A DNA stretch of 64,000 bases from the human T2T-CHM13v2.0 reference genome, Homo sapiens (GCF_009914755.1 NC_060947.1), one strand, 5' to 3'; positions 27,768 through 42,616 are shown, counted from the first letter of the stretch. Notes: generated from the letters alone by a model not told the origin. A program made the numbers and translations.

Positions 27768-28095
27768 GGTATTATATATATAACATAAGAAATACATGTT
27801 TAGTCTCTGGCCCTCAGTTCCTTGCACCGGAACTTGCCAGGAATGCCTAACAACCTCTAGGTAGAGGTGCTAGGAGAATCTTTTGTTCTAATATTTTGTA
27901 TTTGACCCTCAGTTCCTGACACAGAGCCTTTAAGTCCCTAGGAATGTTTTGGGTGATAGGAGCATCTTTTGTTCTCCTGGTGGGCTCCTGAACAGCCTCA
28001 CGATGGAAGCAGATTGCCAGGGAAACCAACCATGTCATTAGAGGGTTAGAGCTCCCTCTAGGAAGGGGAGAGCAACTGAAGGTTGAGTTGATCAC
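27768..28095. mobile_element. MER21 (MER21C-like) LTR, partial
   Basis: 'ataagaaatacatgtttagtctctggccctcagttcc...cagttcctgacacagagcc...gtgataggagcatcttttgttct...accaaccatgtcattagagggttagagct'. Confidence 0.75.
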
Positions 28096-28137
28096 TTGTC
28101 TTAGTCCATTCAGGGTGGTATAACAAAATACCTTGCT

Positions 28138-28290
28138 GGAGGAGGAAGAAGATGAAGGAGGAGAGGAGAAAAATAAGAAGAAAAGAGGGATGAGAAGGGA
28201 GAAGAAGAAAGAGAAGGAGGAGGAGAAGGAAGAAGAAAAGGAAGAGTGGAAGAGGAAGGAGGATAAGATGAAGATGACGAGGAGGAAAAA
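28138..28290. repeat. GA-rich (GAA/GAG)n low-complexity tract
   Basis: Direct inspection. Confidence 0.85.
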
Positions 28291-29739
28291 TAGAATCTTA
28301 AGAGACATTAACAAATGACTATCTCTAAGTGACAACATTATAGTAACTTTTACTGTTTTTTATTTTCAAGATTTCCAAAATATCATTAACTATTGTCGTA
28401 ACTGGTACTGTATAAAATTAAGAGAGTGTAACAAAGCTGAAACCCCAAATTTTGTGAAAAGCAAGATGCATAGGAGTCAAAAGCTGCTATTAGGAAAAAA
28501 AAAAATAGGGACAGGGCCCCAAGCATTACATGAGGTTAATGTTGGTTGTTTTCTGATGAACACAACACAGGAGAATGTGAGGATCAGGCTTGAGGCTCTA
28601 CCCTTACTTTCAGTAATAGGGGACAAGAAAATGTCTGCATCAAAGAATCAAGGTTAAGGATAAAGAGGTTTCCTTTTAAGCAATTCTGTGGGCTCACTGC
28701 ATCCCCAGCAAGATCCCTTTATTTAGTTTCAAGGCATGGAAGTGTCAAACTGTAAGTTACCTATAGTGTAATACCACTCAGACTAAATTTAGACCAGGAA
28801 GCGTAGTGCACTCAAAGCAAGTAAGCATTAGTCTAAAAGTGATTGTCCTACTGACAGAAGACATGTTGTTTTGCTACCTTTTCCCCACAAATTACTGTGG
28901 TCCTGTATATCAGTTGGGGAGAACGGCACTATTCACTTAGGACAAGTATGAAGAAAATAATTGTTAAATTGTTAAATCCTTACCTTTGGCACCCACCCGA
29001 AGAACTGTGCTTTTACACAAATGAACACGAATGAATACGACTTTTGAAAACAGAGCATTCTTACTCCAAGGTAGTGTGTTAGTAGGAAACTTAGATGATC
29101 TTGATTGTACTTCAGCAAAGGCATGAGTGCCAGGCAGATGCTGTTCTGACGGCTCTGTGTGGTCTGACAGCTGGTTGAGGTGCCATTGGCATTCATTTGA
29201 GATGGTCACCTGGGAAACCGAAATTAACATAGCATCCCTGAATCAGGTAATCATGCACCATCCTTTACCAGGTAGCCACTTTGGGTTTGAACCAAAAAAA
29301 GATGAGCTTGAAAGGTGTGGAGCCTGTAGTAGTGTTACTTGAAAAAGACCTTGTCCTTTATCTAGTTTTGTTGGCACAAGAAAATAAGCATATTTCTTGT
29401 TAGATCTCTTTTTACGCTAGCTATCAGGAGGATAGTTAAACTCTTCATGCAGCATGACAAAGATTTTTTTCAGACATATTTCAGATAGCTGAGATTCCTT
29501 TCTTTGACACACACACACACACACACAAACAAGTATACAAAGCATATACTTGTATATATTTTAATTTTATACTTTTGATTCCTATTATGTTAAATCTTGG
29601 AAATTTTTCAAAAAGCATTTTAAATTATTTAGCTGTTATTTTTGTTTTAATACTGTTATTAAACAATTTCTGTTGTAAACACATTTTCTTATCTCCAAAG
29701 ATAGCACACACTTAGTCAATGTTTCTTATCTTCTTGGTC

Positions 29740-30780
29740 ATCTTCTCCTCTTCCAAATGTTGAACTCTCCCAAGACCCCATTCCTGACACCTGTTTTTCC
29801 TCCAGCTCTTCTGCCTCTGCAGACAATGTTATCCATTCCCATGGTTGTGTATAGCGTTTATATCACGATGACCCCAAATTCTTATCTCCTGTTCTGACTT
29901 CTCCTCTAAAGTCCTAAATCCTAAATCTAACTGCCTAATTCGTATCTACATTTGGATGCCTACAAGGCAACTCAAAATCAGCACGTCCAAAATAAAGCTA
30001 TTGGTTCTAGATCCTACACAAACTCCAGCTCTCTTCTTCAGTTTCTGTGTCTCAGTGAACAGCATGTGCACCCAGGCATATACACGTGATTCCTGTCTTT
30101 CCCTCATCTCACATCCATTAACAGGCTGTATTAATAACTCTTGTCAGCTCTGGTTTTATATTATATTCCACATCTGTTCAATTTTCTTCATTTCCACTAG
30201 TGTCACCTTATTCCATGCAGCCATCATCTTTCATCTTCGTTCTTGCAAGAGTTTCCTAAATGGTCTTCCAGACACCATTAGCTGAAAATTCCCATACTTT
30301 GGGTTATAAAATATTATTCCTTGGATCAAAATTCTCCAGCACTTCCAAACATACTTTAAAATGGAAGCGAAACTCTTACCTAGCCGAGAAGTTCTTATGT
30401 GACTCGGGCTTATGCCCTTCTGCAACCTCATTCCCTCTCACTCTCCTCTCAGTCATGATTCCTTCAGTTCTGTTAGCTCAATGTTTTAGTTCCTTAAACA
30501 CTCAAAGCTAACATTCAGGCCTGAACACTCAGGCTAAACACTCAGGCCTACAGCCTGTTTTAGAAGCTGCTCCCTCTGCCTGGAATAATCTTCCCCAGTA
30601 TCTTCATATGTCTGAGTTCTTCTCGTCTTTTAGATTGCAATTTATATATCTACTCCAAAAAAAAAAAGAAAGAAGCCAGCCCTGACACTACAAAATGAAG
30701 CCATCTACCAGTCAGTCTTCCTAACATTTACCTGACATATTTTTTTCGTGTCACTTATTACTTACTATTTACTTGACTTT
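29740..30780 (+). mobile_element. L2 fragment
   Basis: 'gatgacccccaaattcttatctcc', 'tctacatttggatgcctacaaggcaactcaaaatcagcacgtccaaa', 'gctgctccctctgcctggaat'; boundaries approximate. Confidence 0.75.
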
Positions 30781-32919
30781 GAATAAGTCATCTTTTTACA
30801 TTTCATATTCTCTGACTTTAAAAAGAGCATATTTCATAAAGTTGATTTGAGTATTAAAGGAGTTAATACACATCAAGTGCTGAGAGTAAATATTCACAGA
30901 AGCAATCAATTTATTCTTCCACACAGCAGTCAGTAAATGTTGGTGGACTAGTATTAACTATCATATTATTCAGGATATGAACTAACTTGTTTTAAATTGC
31001 AGACGATAAGTATTAATTCTGCCATGAAGTGCCCGTATCCAATTTTCAAATCACCATTGCTGCCTTCACACTCAAGCAGGTCAGATGGCAAAAGCCCTAA
31101 AAGTGTATAGCTAAAATTACTACACAATGACACTATAACCGTTCTTGCATGTGTCTTTGGTAAACACATGTACCCACTTAGGTTGGATATTTACCTAGGA
31201 ATGAAAATACTGGGTCGTAGAGCATGCATGTATTCAGCTTGTAGATACTTCTGAACAGTTTCCCAAAGTTCTTTTTCCAAAATACACATTTATACTATAT
31301 TTTAGGTATAGTCAAAAGATTTTCAAATTAGCTATCATAAAAAAAATTATCTGAGAATATAATCCATGTGACAAAACATATTCCTATTAGCTCAAAAGAT
31401 TATTATAATTAGAAAGAAATATATCAGCATAAAAATGATATAGGAATTACAAATTATATATCACTCTACATTTGTAATGCCTATATCACTGTTTGGAATA
31501 TCTCATTATTTTAATTGTAACCAATTACTCCAGTTGGAAGCGTCACAGCAAGCAGTATTATATATTTTAGGAATAAATTGAATATATCATCCAATATCTC
31601 ATCCTAACTTCCTACTCTTTCATTTATTAAAGCGTCAAAGTTCCCATTAATGCTCATAAGAATTTTGAATCCACATAAATATATAATTAAGCTGAAGGTG
31701 AATATCTTTCAGGTGGATTTACCAGCAAGTATGAATGTTAAAATGATAGCTAATATACATTTCTACTTTTAATTTATTCAGTGCAGTTATGATACTGCTA
31801 CAATACTCATATTGTTGTGCCATCTATAAGGTTTAAAAATAATTAACATGAAGATGATGTTCTATAATTGTTTTATTGGTTTTTTTATTGTGTGCAAATC
31901 TAATATTGCCTCACTATTGACTCCCTATATAAACAAACTATTTTCCAATTCCTTACAGTAGACAAATATGCTTATTCAATAAGAGAAATGAATATATTGA
32001 AAACAATTTTGATTAATAATATCTTGTATCTTAAGACACAACTTCAAATATTGTGGCATAAAAATTGAATCTAATAATGTGCCTTTCTAGTGGACTTTAC
32101 TATCAAAATAAAAATTCTTAGAGTTAACCTTCTATGGTTTGGAGATAGCGCTATCATAAACTTTGTTACTTTGTTGTGTTTTTTTAAGACTCTTTCCCCA
32201 GTCTACGGACACAACATATTTAATCTGAGTTGTATGTGATGTGTGGTGTGGTTAATTTATTGCCCCGGTTTACGTAAAGTGTGTTAATTATATTTAATTT
32301 GGCATTTTACTTTCACTGTCTAATCAGATTCTAACTATAGAAATTGACAACTTGTGGCTAAATTCATTCTCTTCTTGTGTTTCCAATTGTGTTTTCATTG
32401 GGCTCCTCCTTTGTGTCATTTTTTGTATGTCTTTTGATTTGGTCTTACTAATTTACCTGGACGAAGGAGTAAATCCTACAAAAGTACAAATACATTTATC
32501 ATGGTCTTTATATTGGGAGAACTAATCAATTGGGCTTCATTTTTTAGAATTTGTGTTTTTCTTATGCAATATGGGTTTAGAAGTGGATAGAAAATAAACC
32601 CATTTGGAACATATACGAAGCCCAGTGTTGGTCTAAACTTCCTCACAGGTTACTTGAGTCCTGATCCATCACAAATACAAACACATTTAAAAACATAAAG
32701 CATTATTACAATGGAATCAAAATACCATGACTAAATCCATTTTCCCATCACAATGTCATTTCTTAGATGAATACAAACAATGTTCATATTAAATAGCCAT
32801 TTCTATCATGGATATGAGTTTCTGGTGACTTGTCTTTGCATAATAAAAAGATCTCATTTTTACATAAGCAAAACGAGCACCATAACTTTGCATAATTTAT
32901 GTTTGTATCTTGGCTTTGC

Positions 32920-33130
32920 TGAGAGTTAGATACAATGGAAGGAACAAGGGCATCGAAATCAGGCAAATGTGAGTTCTAAACCAAGCTCTGACATGTGACT
33001 TCAAATTGATCACCATACCATTCTGAGCTGTGGCTCCATCTTATGCAGGATGGAGACAACAATACCTTGAAAAAATATTTGTAAGGCACTTAGCAGACCA
33101 TAAGGTGAGTTGCCCCTCGAAATGCTTGTA
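32920..33130 (+). mobile_element. MIR fragment
   Basis: 'gtgagttctaaaccaagctctgac...ctgagctgtggctccatcttatgcaggatggagacaacaatacc...tgtaaggcacttagca'. Confidence 0.6.
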
Positions 33131-33280
33131 GCAATTTACAACCTTCCATTACCATTTGATAATTCCACTGAATTCTCTACCCCACTGCCCATATCCAACC
33201 AGCTGTTAAGCTGTTGCTATTTGATCTGGAATAAAGTCAAAAGTGGCTGTATGGCTTTGAATGCCCAGGTGGCAAGGTGG

Positions 33281-33980
33281 TATATTAGTCAGTTAAGGCT
33301 GCTATAATGAAATATCATAAACTGGGTGGCTTATAAACAGCAGACATTTATTTCTCACAGTTTTGGAGGCTGGAACTCCAAGATCAAGGCATGGCAGATT
33401 CTGTGTCTGCTGGACTAAATTCCTGGTTCACAGAGATGGTGCCTTCTTGTTATACCCTCACAGGGTGGAAGGGGCAAGGGAGTTCTCTGGGGTCCCTTTT
33501 ATAAGGGCACTAATCGCATTCATGAAGACATTACCTTCATGACCTAATCAACTCTCAAAGCCCCCAACTCCTAATACTATCTGGTGGGAGTTAGGATTTC
33601 TTTTTCTTTTCTTTTTGTTTTTTTTTGTTGTTGTAGTTTCTTTGAGACAGAGTCTCTTGGTTGCCCAGGTTGGAGTGCAGTGCCAAGATCATGGCTCACT
33701 GCAGCCTCAACCTCCCATGCTCAAGTGATCTTCCTGCCTCAGCTCCCCCAAGTAGCTTGGACTGCAGGCACGCGCCTCCTCACCTGGGTAATTTTTGTAT
33801 TTTTAGTAGAGACAGAGTTTCACCATGTTTCCCAGGATGGTCTTGAACTCCAGAGTTCAAGCGATCCACCCGCCTTGGCCTCCCAAACTGTTAGGATTAC
33901 AGACATGAGCCACTGCACCTAGCCAGAGGTTAGGATTTCAAGAAAGGAATTTTGGTGACATAAACATTCAGTCTGTTGCA
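33281..33980 (-). mobile_element. MLT1A/A0 LTR split by an Alu
   Basis: 'ctgggtggcttataaacagcagacatttatttctcacagttttggaggctgg'; resumes after the Alu; GTTAGGATTTC duplicated on both sides of the Alu. Confidence 0.85.
33601..33924 (-). mobile_element. AluJ-like
   Basis: 'gatcatggctcactgcagcctcaacctccc'. Confidence 0.9.
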
Positions 33981-34340
33981 GTGGGTGATAAAAGATGATG
34001 CTGACAGTCTTGCAGGGTCTATTTTATGGAGACCCCAAGTGTCGTATTTAATTAAAGCTAGTCTTTACTCTAAAGGGCAAAGGCCTTTGAATGTGCTCTT
34101 CCTTTGTCTGGATGTTCTGCTATTCTGCATTCATCCATTTCCTCCCTATTCTCCTCTCTGGATTATCACATACGTAATGCCAACTCCTATTTCAAGGAAA
34201 CAACACATCTTTTCCAAGATGGAAGCTTTTTTAAAAAAATTTTCTGCCACATTTCATCTGCTCCATTTCAAATTGCTGGTTCCTGATAGATGCCACTTTC
34301 TTCATGAAGTTTGACTTGCACCTGTAACTGATTTAGGGAC

Positions 34341-34728
34341 TGTATTAGTCCATTCTCACACTGCTATGAAGAACTACCTAGACTTGGTAATTTATGAAGA
34401 AGAAAGGTTTAATTGACTCACAGTTCCACAGGCTGTAAAGGAAGCATGGCTGGGAGCCCTCAGAAAACTTACAATCATGGCAGAGGGTGAAGGGGAAGCA
34501 AGCACGTCTTACCATGGCAGAGGAGGAGAGAGAGAGAGACAGAGTGAAGGTGGAAGTGCTACACAGTTTTAAACAACCAGATCTTGTGAGAACTCATCAC
34601 TATCATGAGAACAGCAAGGGGAAATCCACTCTCATGATCCAATCACCTTCCACAGGGTCCCTGTCCCCACATTGGGAATTACAATTCGACATGAGATTTG
34701 GGCAGGAATACAGAGCCAAACCATATCA
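34341..34728 (-). mobile_element. MSTA solo LTR
   Basis: TGTATTAGTCCATTCTCACACTGCTAT...CCAAACCATATCA; near-TSD GGGAC/GCGAC. Confidence 0.88.
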
Positions 34729-37700
34729 GCGACCTTTCAGGTGAACTCACATGTACTTACGTCTTCAGACATTCATCATATGACGTTGTAGAAGCTTTTG
34801 CAAATGTGTCTGTTTCTCCCCATATGCCTGCATCCCAATAAAGACAGGGATGGCTTTGCCGTTGCTCACCATCATATTCCCATAATTCTACCCTCCTCTC
34901 CAGTTAGTTCTCACTATTCTCACTTCCAAGACCCCAGTCCCACCAGCCTTGGACTTTCTCTTGACTAATTTACTCTCCTATTTGAGGACTCAAGTATCAT
35001 TCTTTATAGGTACAAGCCCTGACAAATACTGATTGGATGGCACAAGAAAGTGAGAAGTATTATATATAAAGGACACAGAGGCGTTTTGGCCACACTTGGC
35101 ACAAGCCCTGGTCACAACATAGTCTATAGTTGTTTCTGCCATTGCTGCTTAGAATTCATTTCATTTTTCTTCCATTTCCTTTTCAGTGAGTTTTCTAGTT
35201 TCCCCCAAAAGACTTATTTAATCATGGACATTGGAGTACTTAATTAATTTCTATTAAGCATGGTTTCAAAATATCTAACACTTACATGCAGGGTCCACTG
35301 CTTTCCTTCACTGACTTCCCTGGTGAATATTGAGCTATTTACCTACAGAGCAGGAAATACACATGGTCTCATTAATCTCTACTCTGCCTAACCCAAACCT
35401 ACTCCCCCGCAAACTCAATGTGAAACAGATTGAGTATTCACTCTCATATATTATTTGGAGAGTACCATTGATTTATACAACTCTTCCTCGGTCAGAAGGG
35501 TAGTGATTCATTGGCCCAATACTCAATTTAACTGCAGGGAAAGTTTCTATTTGTTGAGAATACCATTTCCCAATGCATACAACTGTTACAGGGGGGTTCA
35601 TCTGGTTTAGCCACAAAAGGACTCTCTGCAGGTGTAACAATCTGAAACATAGGAGGACTATTTTGGGAATATTGTCTAAGAATAGGGTAATAGTTCAAAA
35701 TAAATTGAAACAATTATTAAAGTGAAAACATTTACCCTAAGTCAGAAATTATGCTATTACCAATGTGAAGAAATTTAAAGGCAATATGGACCATATCTCC
35801 AGACTTTTCAACAATAATGATAAACAAAGACACACGATTAATTCAGAACTACCACCCAGTCTCTAAGTAATTTTTCTATTAGACAAGTGCCTACTTCTTG
35901 CTAAGCAGTTCGCAGCACACTTTTATTATTGTTTTCTTGTGTGCATATCTTAAATATTGATATTAGCTCACCTAACTTCCTAAAATTATATGAACACTCA
36001 AAATCTCTACTCATATTTTATGTTTTTTAAAGTTTAACTAAAAAAAATAAAATAAATATAGTTTAGAGAAAACAATACCTTAGTGCCAAAATCTTAAAAC
36101 CTTTGGTAAAGAAAGGGCTAAGAGCAGTTTAGGAATTCTTTTTCTTGTTTTACTGGGGACGCCAAGGGAAAGAAAGAAAGATGACTTGGGCAATTTACCT
36201 GTAAGCTTGCAAATGTCAGACCCCTTGGAAAACACTATAATTTTATCTCTTAGTGGGAGATACCATTACCAAGTTTTTATGATCCACTTTTAGCAGACTG
36301 TTGTAACTGGCCTGGTTAGTATTGTTTATAGACTTAGGGACATGGATTTCTGAAAAATGTTACATAAACTATGTAACTGAGTCTAATTGGAAATGTCTCA
36401 TGAAAGAAGCAACTCCCTTCTGCATGAAAGGTGCTCTCACAAGCACTACTTAGAGAACTCATAGTTGGAACCCAGAGTCAGAACGTGTCCTAATGAAAGA
36501 AGAAAGGATTCAAGGAGGAGTGTGGATGGTCCCAAACTTTGTTTTGGCTGTGTGAAATTATTAGTAGCATTTGCCACTGGGCAAGATTTCAGAGTGAGGC
36601 TCATTTAGTAGTCCAATATGTCTAAGCTCTATGCTGATTTTATTTTAGAAGATGTTCCTTACTTTTGTCCCTATTTATTTTATATTTTAATATTTTATGC
36701 CATAGCATTCACTATCTTTGACATATTCGTTTGTAAAGATGGAAGGCTCAAAATCAATGTACTAAGCATCTAACATCAGAAGAAAAAAAAGAAGAAATAG
36801 TAGAGATATGCTCCTTTAAGGATAGTTTTCCTCTTTCTTCTGAGTCTCTTGTTTTTTAATCTCTATTTTGTTTGCCTCAGTCTATACATCATGTTAAAAC
36901 CTATGTCAACTATTTGGTCTTCCTGGACTGCTCATTCCATGTTGAGAGAGACACACTAAAATGTCAGTTGGTAGCTCCTGTTTTCTAATGGTGACCTTTA
37001 TGGTACAATAACTCACTAGAAACCTTGCTATTTCACAAGATGACCATCACTCTCAGCATCTAAATTTTTTTCCTTTGGGTTGGTCAATTTCTTGAGAGAG
37101 GAATTCTGGCTGTTAGCAGTTGGTGAACAGAGGAAAAAAATCAATTAATGATTGTGTATAAAGAATTTAACCTAATTCAGACTTGCAAGGTTAAGAATGT
37201 TTACTTTGAAAAAAAAATCAATAATCATGTTGATATGGAATTTTGCACTAAAAATGCTTGAGGGTGGCAGCCAATAAAGCAATTCCTTCAAAAAACTATG
37301 AGAAAGTTATTCTCCACCTAGAACATTACACAATGCCAGGTAAAGTTACCAATCAAATCTGAGCATACAATACAAATATCTTCACATATTTAAAGTCCGA
37401 AAAATGTATCATCTTTTCTGAGGAAATTACTAAAGGGTATGCTTTACCAAAACAGAAAAGGACTGAGAGTAAAGAAGTCATAGTGCCAACACAAGAGAGA
37501 AACTAAAGAAACTACAGGAGCAATGGTGATAAGAAATTCCAATATCAAAGCTATGCAGCATGTCCAGAGGCAGTGAGTTCAGTGGTTCAAGAACATACAG
37601 ATGTTTTTGGTTATTTTGAAAACAGATGTATATTTCTGTGGGAGAGGCAGAGACAATTCAAGAAGAGCTATATAAAAATTAGACAAGTAAACAAAAGGCA

Positions 37701-39519
37701 ATTACTAACTACAAGGAAAACCAAAGAGATGTACTAGAAGGGAATGCAATCATTGTTCATCATATGGTTTGACCGTGAATAATTGAAATATAGCCTTAAT
37801 AACATAAGCAAAGTATACTTGATTTAGCCAATTCCTGTGTTCATTATCGGTGGAGAGGGAGTGAAAGAAGCAAAATGGTAGCGGAAGTGATAAGAGAGAT
37901 AAATCAATAAGTAATAGGTGGATAATATCTAAATCCAAAAAAAAAACCATAAGCTTGCTATTCAAAAAAAGGAAGTAAATATCTTGAGAAAACAACTAAA
38001 ATAGTTAAAAATGCATGCATTTGCAATGCCAGAAATGGAGAAGAGTGATGGAAAGAACTACTGGTTTTTATTGTAGTCCAATTAGGACAATTTCATTAAA
38101 ATATGCATACATAAATAATATTACATATATATATAATTTCATTTATGTTGAAATTAAGCATTTTTACAAAATTAAAGGTTGTGACTGCCCTGAGATTTTT
38201 TCCCCTATATTGCTAAAGGAATACACGCATTGTTACATGCAAATGTCAGTTTAATTTGCATAATCTTTAAACATTTTTCAACCTCTAAGTTTTGGTATTA
38301 TTGGGCAAGGCTGTGTCCTTTCATTCTAGATAAACTTCTCCTTTGTGGAGAAAATCTGTCAAAATCTGGCCCATTCTTTCTCAGATTTCATTCAACCATC
38401 TTCTCCCATTTCCTTCACCTTGGCCATGATGAAACCGTCCCCAATATTTTTTATGCTCTGCACCTTTTAATATCAAATTCCTTCACCTGCCCCCAGTAGA
38501 ATAAAAAACTTGGAATAAGTTTTTTTCTAAGTTTTTAATTCTTCAAGACCAATTAAAACTAAGGCTCCTTTCAGATGAGGCAGTCAATTCCCCTATTACC
38601 TTCCTCTGCCCACAATACTTTATTTCCATTCTTTCTCCTTTCTCCTGAGAAAGAATAGTTATTTATTCACATGACACTCTTTCTGAACCAAGATGTTCAA
38701 AGGTAGAGACCGTGTCTTATTCCTCTTTACATCCTTTGGGCTGGACTAGCACACTAGCTGGCTCCCAGCAGAAATGCAGGCAATGAACACATTGTGAGTA
38801 AGTTAGTGGGGGGATGACCAGCAAAGGTGCAGTGTAAGTGTAAGTCATTCTTCCTCTTCTGCATGTAAAATCTGCCAGGAGCGACTGAATGCAGCGTCCC
38901 AAAACAAATATCAAAAACTAACCTACAACAATCCAAACCATTGTTCGAATACTAAATTTTTATGAACCACAGAAGTGAATTAGCTCCTTTATCAATTTGC
39001 AAAACATTCAATTTTATGTACAAATATAATATCATTATAATGAGATAGTTTCACAGGAACTGTCTCTCAGCAGAATAAAATTGTTGCTAGAAAGGAAATC
39101 AAACAAAATATTATAAGATGTGTGTTTGTTCACTCGGAATGAACTTTCTGAAATACTTCTCTTGAAATATCATTTATATCTCACACTTAATTTGTCTATG
39201 CCGTCTCGTTACATATTATTCAGATGAAATATCAATAATAGAAGTTGTTTCTGAATTTTACAGAGAAATTATGTGCAAAGTTCTTTGAGTTAATCGTGAG
39301 CTATTTTTAAACTTCTGATTGTTAATGTCCAGAAGGGAATGCTAAGTTGCAGTATTTTCTAAACAGTGTCCACATGTTTACATGGAATTTTGGCTTCTCT
39401 TCACCTATCACTCAATGCTGAATTGTTACCCTTCTGTCTTCAGAAAAGATGAATGGAAAGAAAGGACAGAGAGTCCAATATTTCTGTGAAATCTCTGACC
39501 AGAAGTGCCGATTCTTCAC

Positions 39520-39822
39520 TTATTTTATTTTTTATTTTTTTAGAGACAAGGTGTTGCTCTGTCACCCAGGCTGGAGTGCAGTAGTGTGATTATAGTTCAA
39601 CGCAGCCTTGAACTCTTGGATTCAAGCAATCCTCCCACCTCACCCTCCCAAGTAGCTGGAACTACAGGTGTATGCCACCACACCCAGGTAATATTTTAAA
39701 ATTTTTGTAGAGATGAGGGTCTCACCATGTTTCCCATGCTGATCTCACACTCTGGGCCTTAAGTGATCCTCCTGCCTCAGCCTCCCAAAGCTCTGGGATT
39801 ACAGACATGAGATACTGCACCA
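39520..39822 (-). mobile_element. AluJ
   Basis: 'gtgattatagttcaacgcagccttgaactcttggattcaagcaatcctcccacctc'. Confidence 0.9.
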
Positions 39823-39976
39823 ATCCTCCCCTTATTTTTAGATACTCAGCATCCAATACACTACTTGTGTGTTGCATGGTATATCCTTGATACTTATTTT
39901 AATGAATAAATGCACTAAAGGAATGTGCAATCTCTACAGATGAAGAAAACCCAGTGATATTAAACATGTTATTAGT

Positions 39977-40348
39977 TGTTATAAACTGTATTTTATATCC
40001 CCATAAAATCATATGTTAAATCTCTAACCCCCAGTGGCTGATATTTGGAGGTGGGGGCCTTTGGGAGGTGATGAGATCATAAGGGTGGTGCCCTCAGGAT
40101 GGCGTTAGTGCCCTTATAAGAAGAGACACAAAGTAGCTTCCTTCTTCTTTTCCTTCTTTCCAACATGTGAGGACAAATAGAGAGGACAGCCGTCTACAAA
40201 CCAGGAAGTGGGTTCTTTTCATCAGATCTTGAGTGTGCTGGCATCTCAATCTTGGACTTCCCAGTCTCCAGAACTGTGAGGAAAAATTATTTGTTATTTA
40301 AGCCACTCTGTCTGTGACTTGTTATAGCAGCCTGTACTGACCAAGACA
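39977..40348 (+). mobile_element. MLT1A-type LTR
   Basis: 'atttggaggtgggggcctttgggaggtgat...gtgcccttataagaagagacac...cttggacttcccagtctccagaactgtgag...ttatagcagcctgtactgaccaagaca'. Confidence 0.85.
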
Positions 40349-40449
40349 TACTAACAAATTATGAATAGGTAAAACACAGATGATTTCTTTTTCTTCTTTT
40401 TACTTTTTGTATTTCTGTATATTACTAAAAGTTCTTAAAAATCCTCTGA

Positions 40450-40620
40450 GGACCCTCTACTCAAATTGTGGCAAAAAGACCAGCTGCATCATGGATATCA
40501 CCTGGGCACCTGTTAGGAACACAAATCCTCAGTCGGCTCTCCAGGTCTACTGAATATGAATCTGCATTTTAACAAGATCCCCTGGTGTTTTAGATGCAAA
40601 ATTCAGTTTGAGAAGTACTA
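40450..40620 (+). mobile_element. MER5A
   Basis: 'atcacctgggcacctgttagg...tactgaatatgaatctgcattttaacaagatccc...agtttgagaagtact'. Confidence 0.8.
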
Positions 40621-40759
40621 TTTTAAAAGAGTTTGCTGTAATAACTCGTAAAATGAATCTCTCCATTTTTAAAAAAAGTACCTGATATTGCCATTAACTT
40701 TTTCTTTTCTTAATGTAAATCCCAAGTATTGAGAAATACTTGGGGAAGGGTATTACTGC

Positions 40760-41990
40760 CTACTTGACTGAGCCATTGAGAAGTTCATTTTTCATACAAC
40801 CTTGATGATGGTGAAACACCCAGCCATTTGGTTGCCTGGGGGGAGGGTATTCTGGGGAGAGGAAGTGGAAGCAGGTATTGCCCATGCCTTAGAAGGGCAA
40901 TTGGAGTGTTCAAGGATCAGCAAGAAGCTTATTTTGGCCGGATTAGAATGATAAAGGGAGAAAGAGTAATAAAGTGGTGGGAGGGAAGTCATGTGGGGCC
41001 TTGCAGATCTTTGTAAGGACATTGATGTTTACTGCCAGGGAAATGGGGAATTCCTGGAAAGCTGGAGCAGACAGAGGCTGGCATGATACATTCTATCATA
41101 GAACAGTGTCTCTCTGCCTATGTGTTAATAGTAGTCTACAAGGGGAAACATTGGAATCAGGAATCCAGCTAAAATGTGAATGCTGTGCCTCCAGGGTACA
41201 ATGGAGATGGCTTAGAGAAGGTAGGAGAGAAAGTGGGAAGAAGTGGTCAGATTCTGCTTGTACTTGGAAGACAGACTCTATAAGATTTCCTGAAAGATCA
41301 GATGTAGGTTGGGAAGGACAGAAAGAGCTCAAAAATAATTCCTGAGTCTTCAATTGAGTCATTGACATTAATTAACATGGAAAACACTGCAAGGGAAGAA
41401 GGGATTTTTACTTTCTTCTTTTTCCATTTTTGTTTTGTTTTGTTTTGTTTTAATTTTTGGTTGTGGTGATGACTTCTGGTTTTGACATGTTAGATTGAGG
41501 TGAATATTAGCAACTGTGTAGAACTATTAAGGAAGAGTTGGATGCACAAAATTAGAGTTCAGGTGAGAGGTACAAATTGGAGATAAAAATTTTGTTACCA
41601 GCAGACAAATAGGATTTCAAGTCATTAGTCTAGATAAGACCAGGATGGGACTGTGTATAGATATGAAAATGGAAACATTCAAAGGGTAAGGCTGGACCAC
41701 AATAACATTTAAAGGTTGCGTAGATAAGGATAAATCAATAAAGGAGTCTGGGAAGAAACAACAGGGGAGGTAGAAGGAAAAGAACAGGAGTGTGAGGCAT
41801 CCACACCAAGAAAACTTCCTAAGGTAAGAAGAGAGATGATGACTGTCAAATAAATGATGCTGTAGGTCCAGTCAGCTGAGGTTTGAGGTTGGCATTGCAT
41901 GGAGCAATGTGAAGATCATTGGTGATTGAGAAAAACAGCATATTCACTGGTCAGTTGTGAAGAAAACCTGGTTTAGAAGAAGAAATTGGG
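40760..41990 (-). mobile_element. L2 fragments
   Basis: 'gagaaagtgggaagaagtggtcagattctg', 'ttttgacatgttagattgaggtg...gaagagttggat...agttcaggtgagagg'; boundaries approximate. Confidence 0.7.
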
Positions 41991-42010
41991 ATAAGAAAGA
42001 GATTTATTTG

Positions 42011-42223
42011 CTTCCTTCCTTCCTTCCTTCTTCTTTTCCTTTCCTTTCCTTTCCTTTTCCTTTCCTTTCCTTTCCTTTCCTTCCTTCCCTCCCTCCCTCT
42101 CTCTCTCTCCCTCCTTCCTCCTCTCCCTCCCTCCTCCCCTCCTGCCCCCTTCCTCTCTCCCTTCCTTCTTTCCTCCCTTCCTACCTTCCTCTCTTCCTTC
42201 CTTCCTGCCTGCCTGCCTGCCTG
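42011..42223. repeat. Polypyrimidine (CCTT/CCTTT/CCCT/CCTG)n tract
   Basis: Direct inspection. Confidence 0.92.
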
Positions 42224-42616
42224 ACTGTCTTTCTTCCTGTTAGTATTGTAGAGTTCTGGCTTGCTTCCAAATGTAGTGATCTAGTCCTTGGTGACAAGCT
42301 GATAATGACAGAGAGAGGGAGACTTGTCAAAGGGATAGAGAGGTCCACTCTGGTGTGAACGTGGGGTGCTTTCATTAGATGGGAGCAAAGATGGTTTGAA
42401 ATCACAAGAGTGAAGGAAAGAATGTGTGGGCATGATGGCATGTAGGTGGGTAGAGTGGAGGTCAGAGCTTGTGTAATCTCCCTACTGATGGTTTGGATTT
42501 TCCTAGTAAAATGGGAAGCAAGGTCATGCATGGAAAGTGAGGATAGGAGAGAGAACGTATCACAGTATTGGACATTTCTGAGGAGACAGGAACAGGTGAG
42601 AAATAAGACTTTAGGT

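Noticed and set aside
28133-28318. Highly charged E/K ORF, superficially 'variable charge'-like
   Set aside because: Translation of a GA-rich simple repeat with no similarity to VCX repeats.
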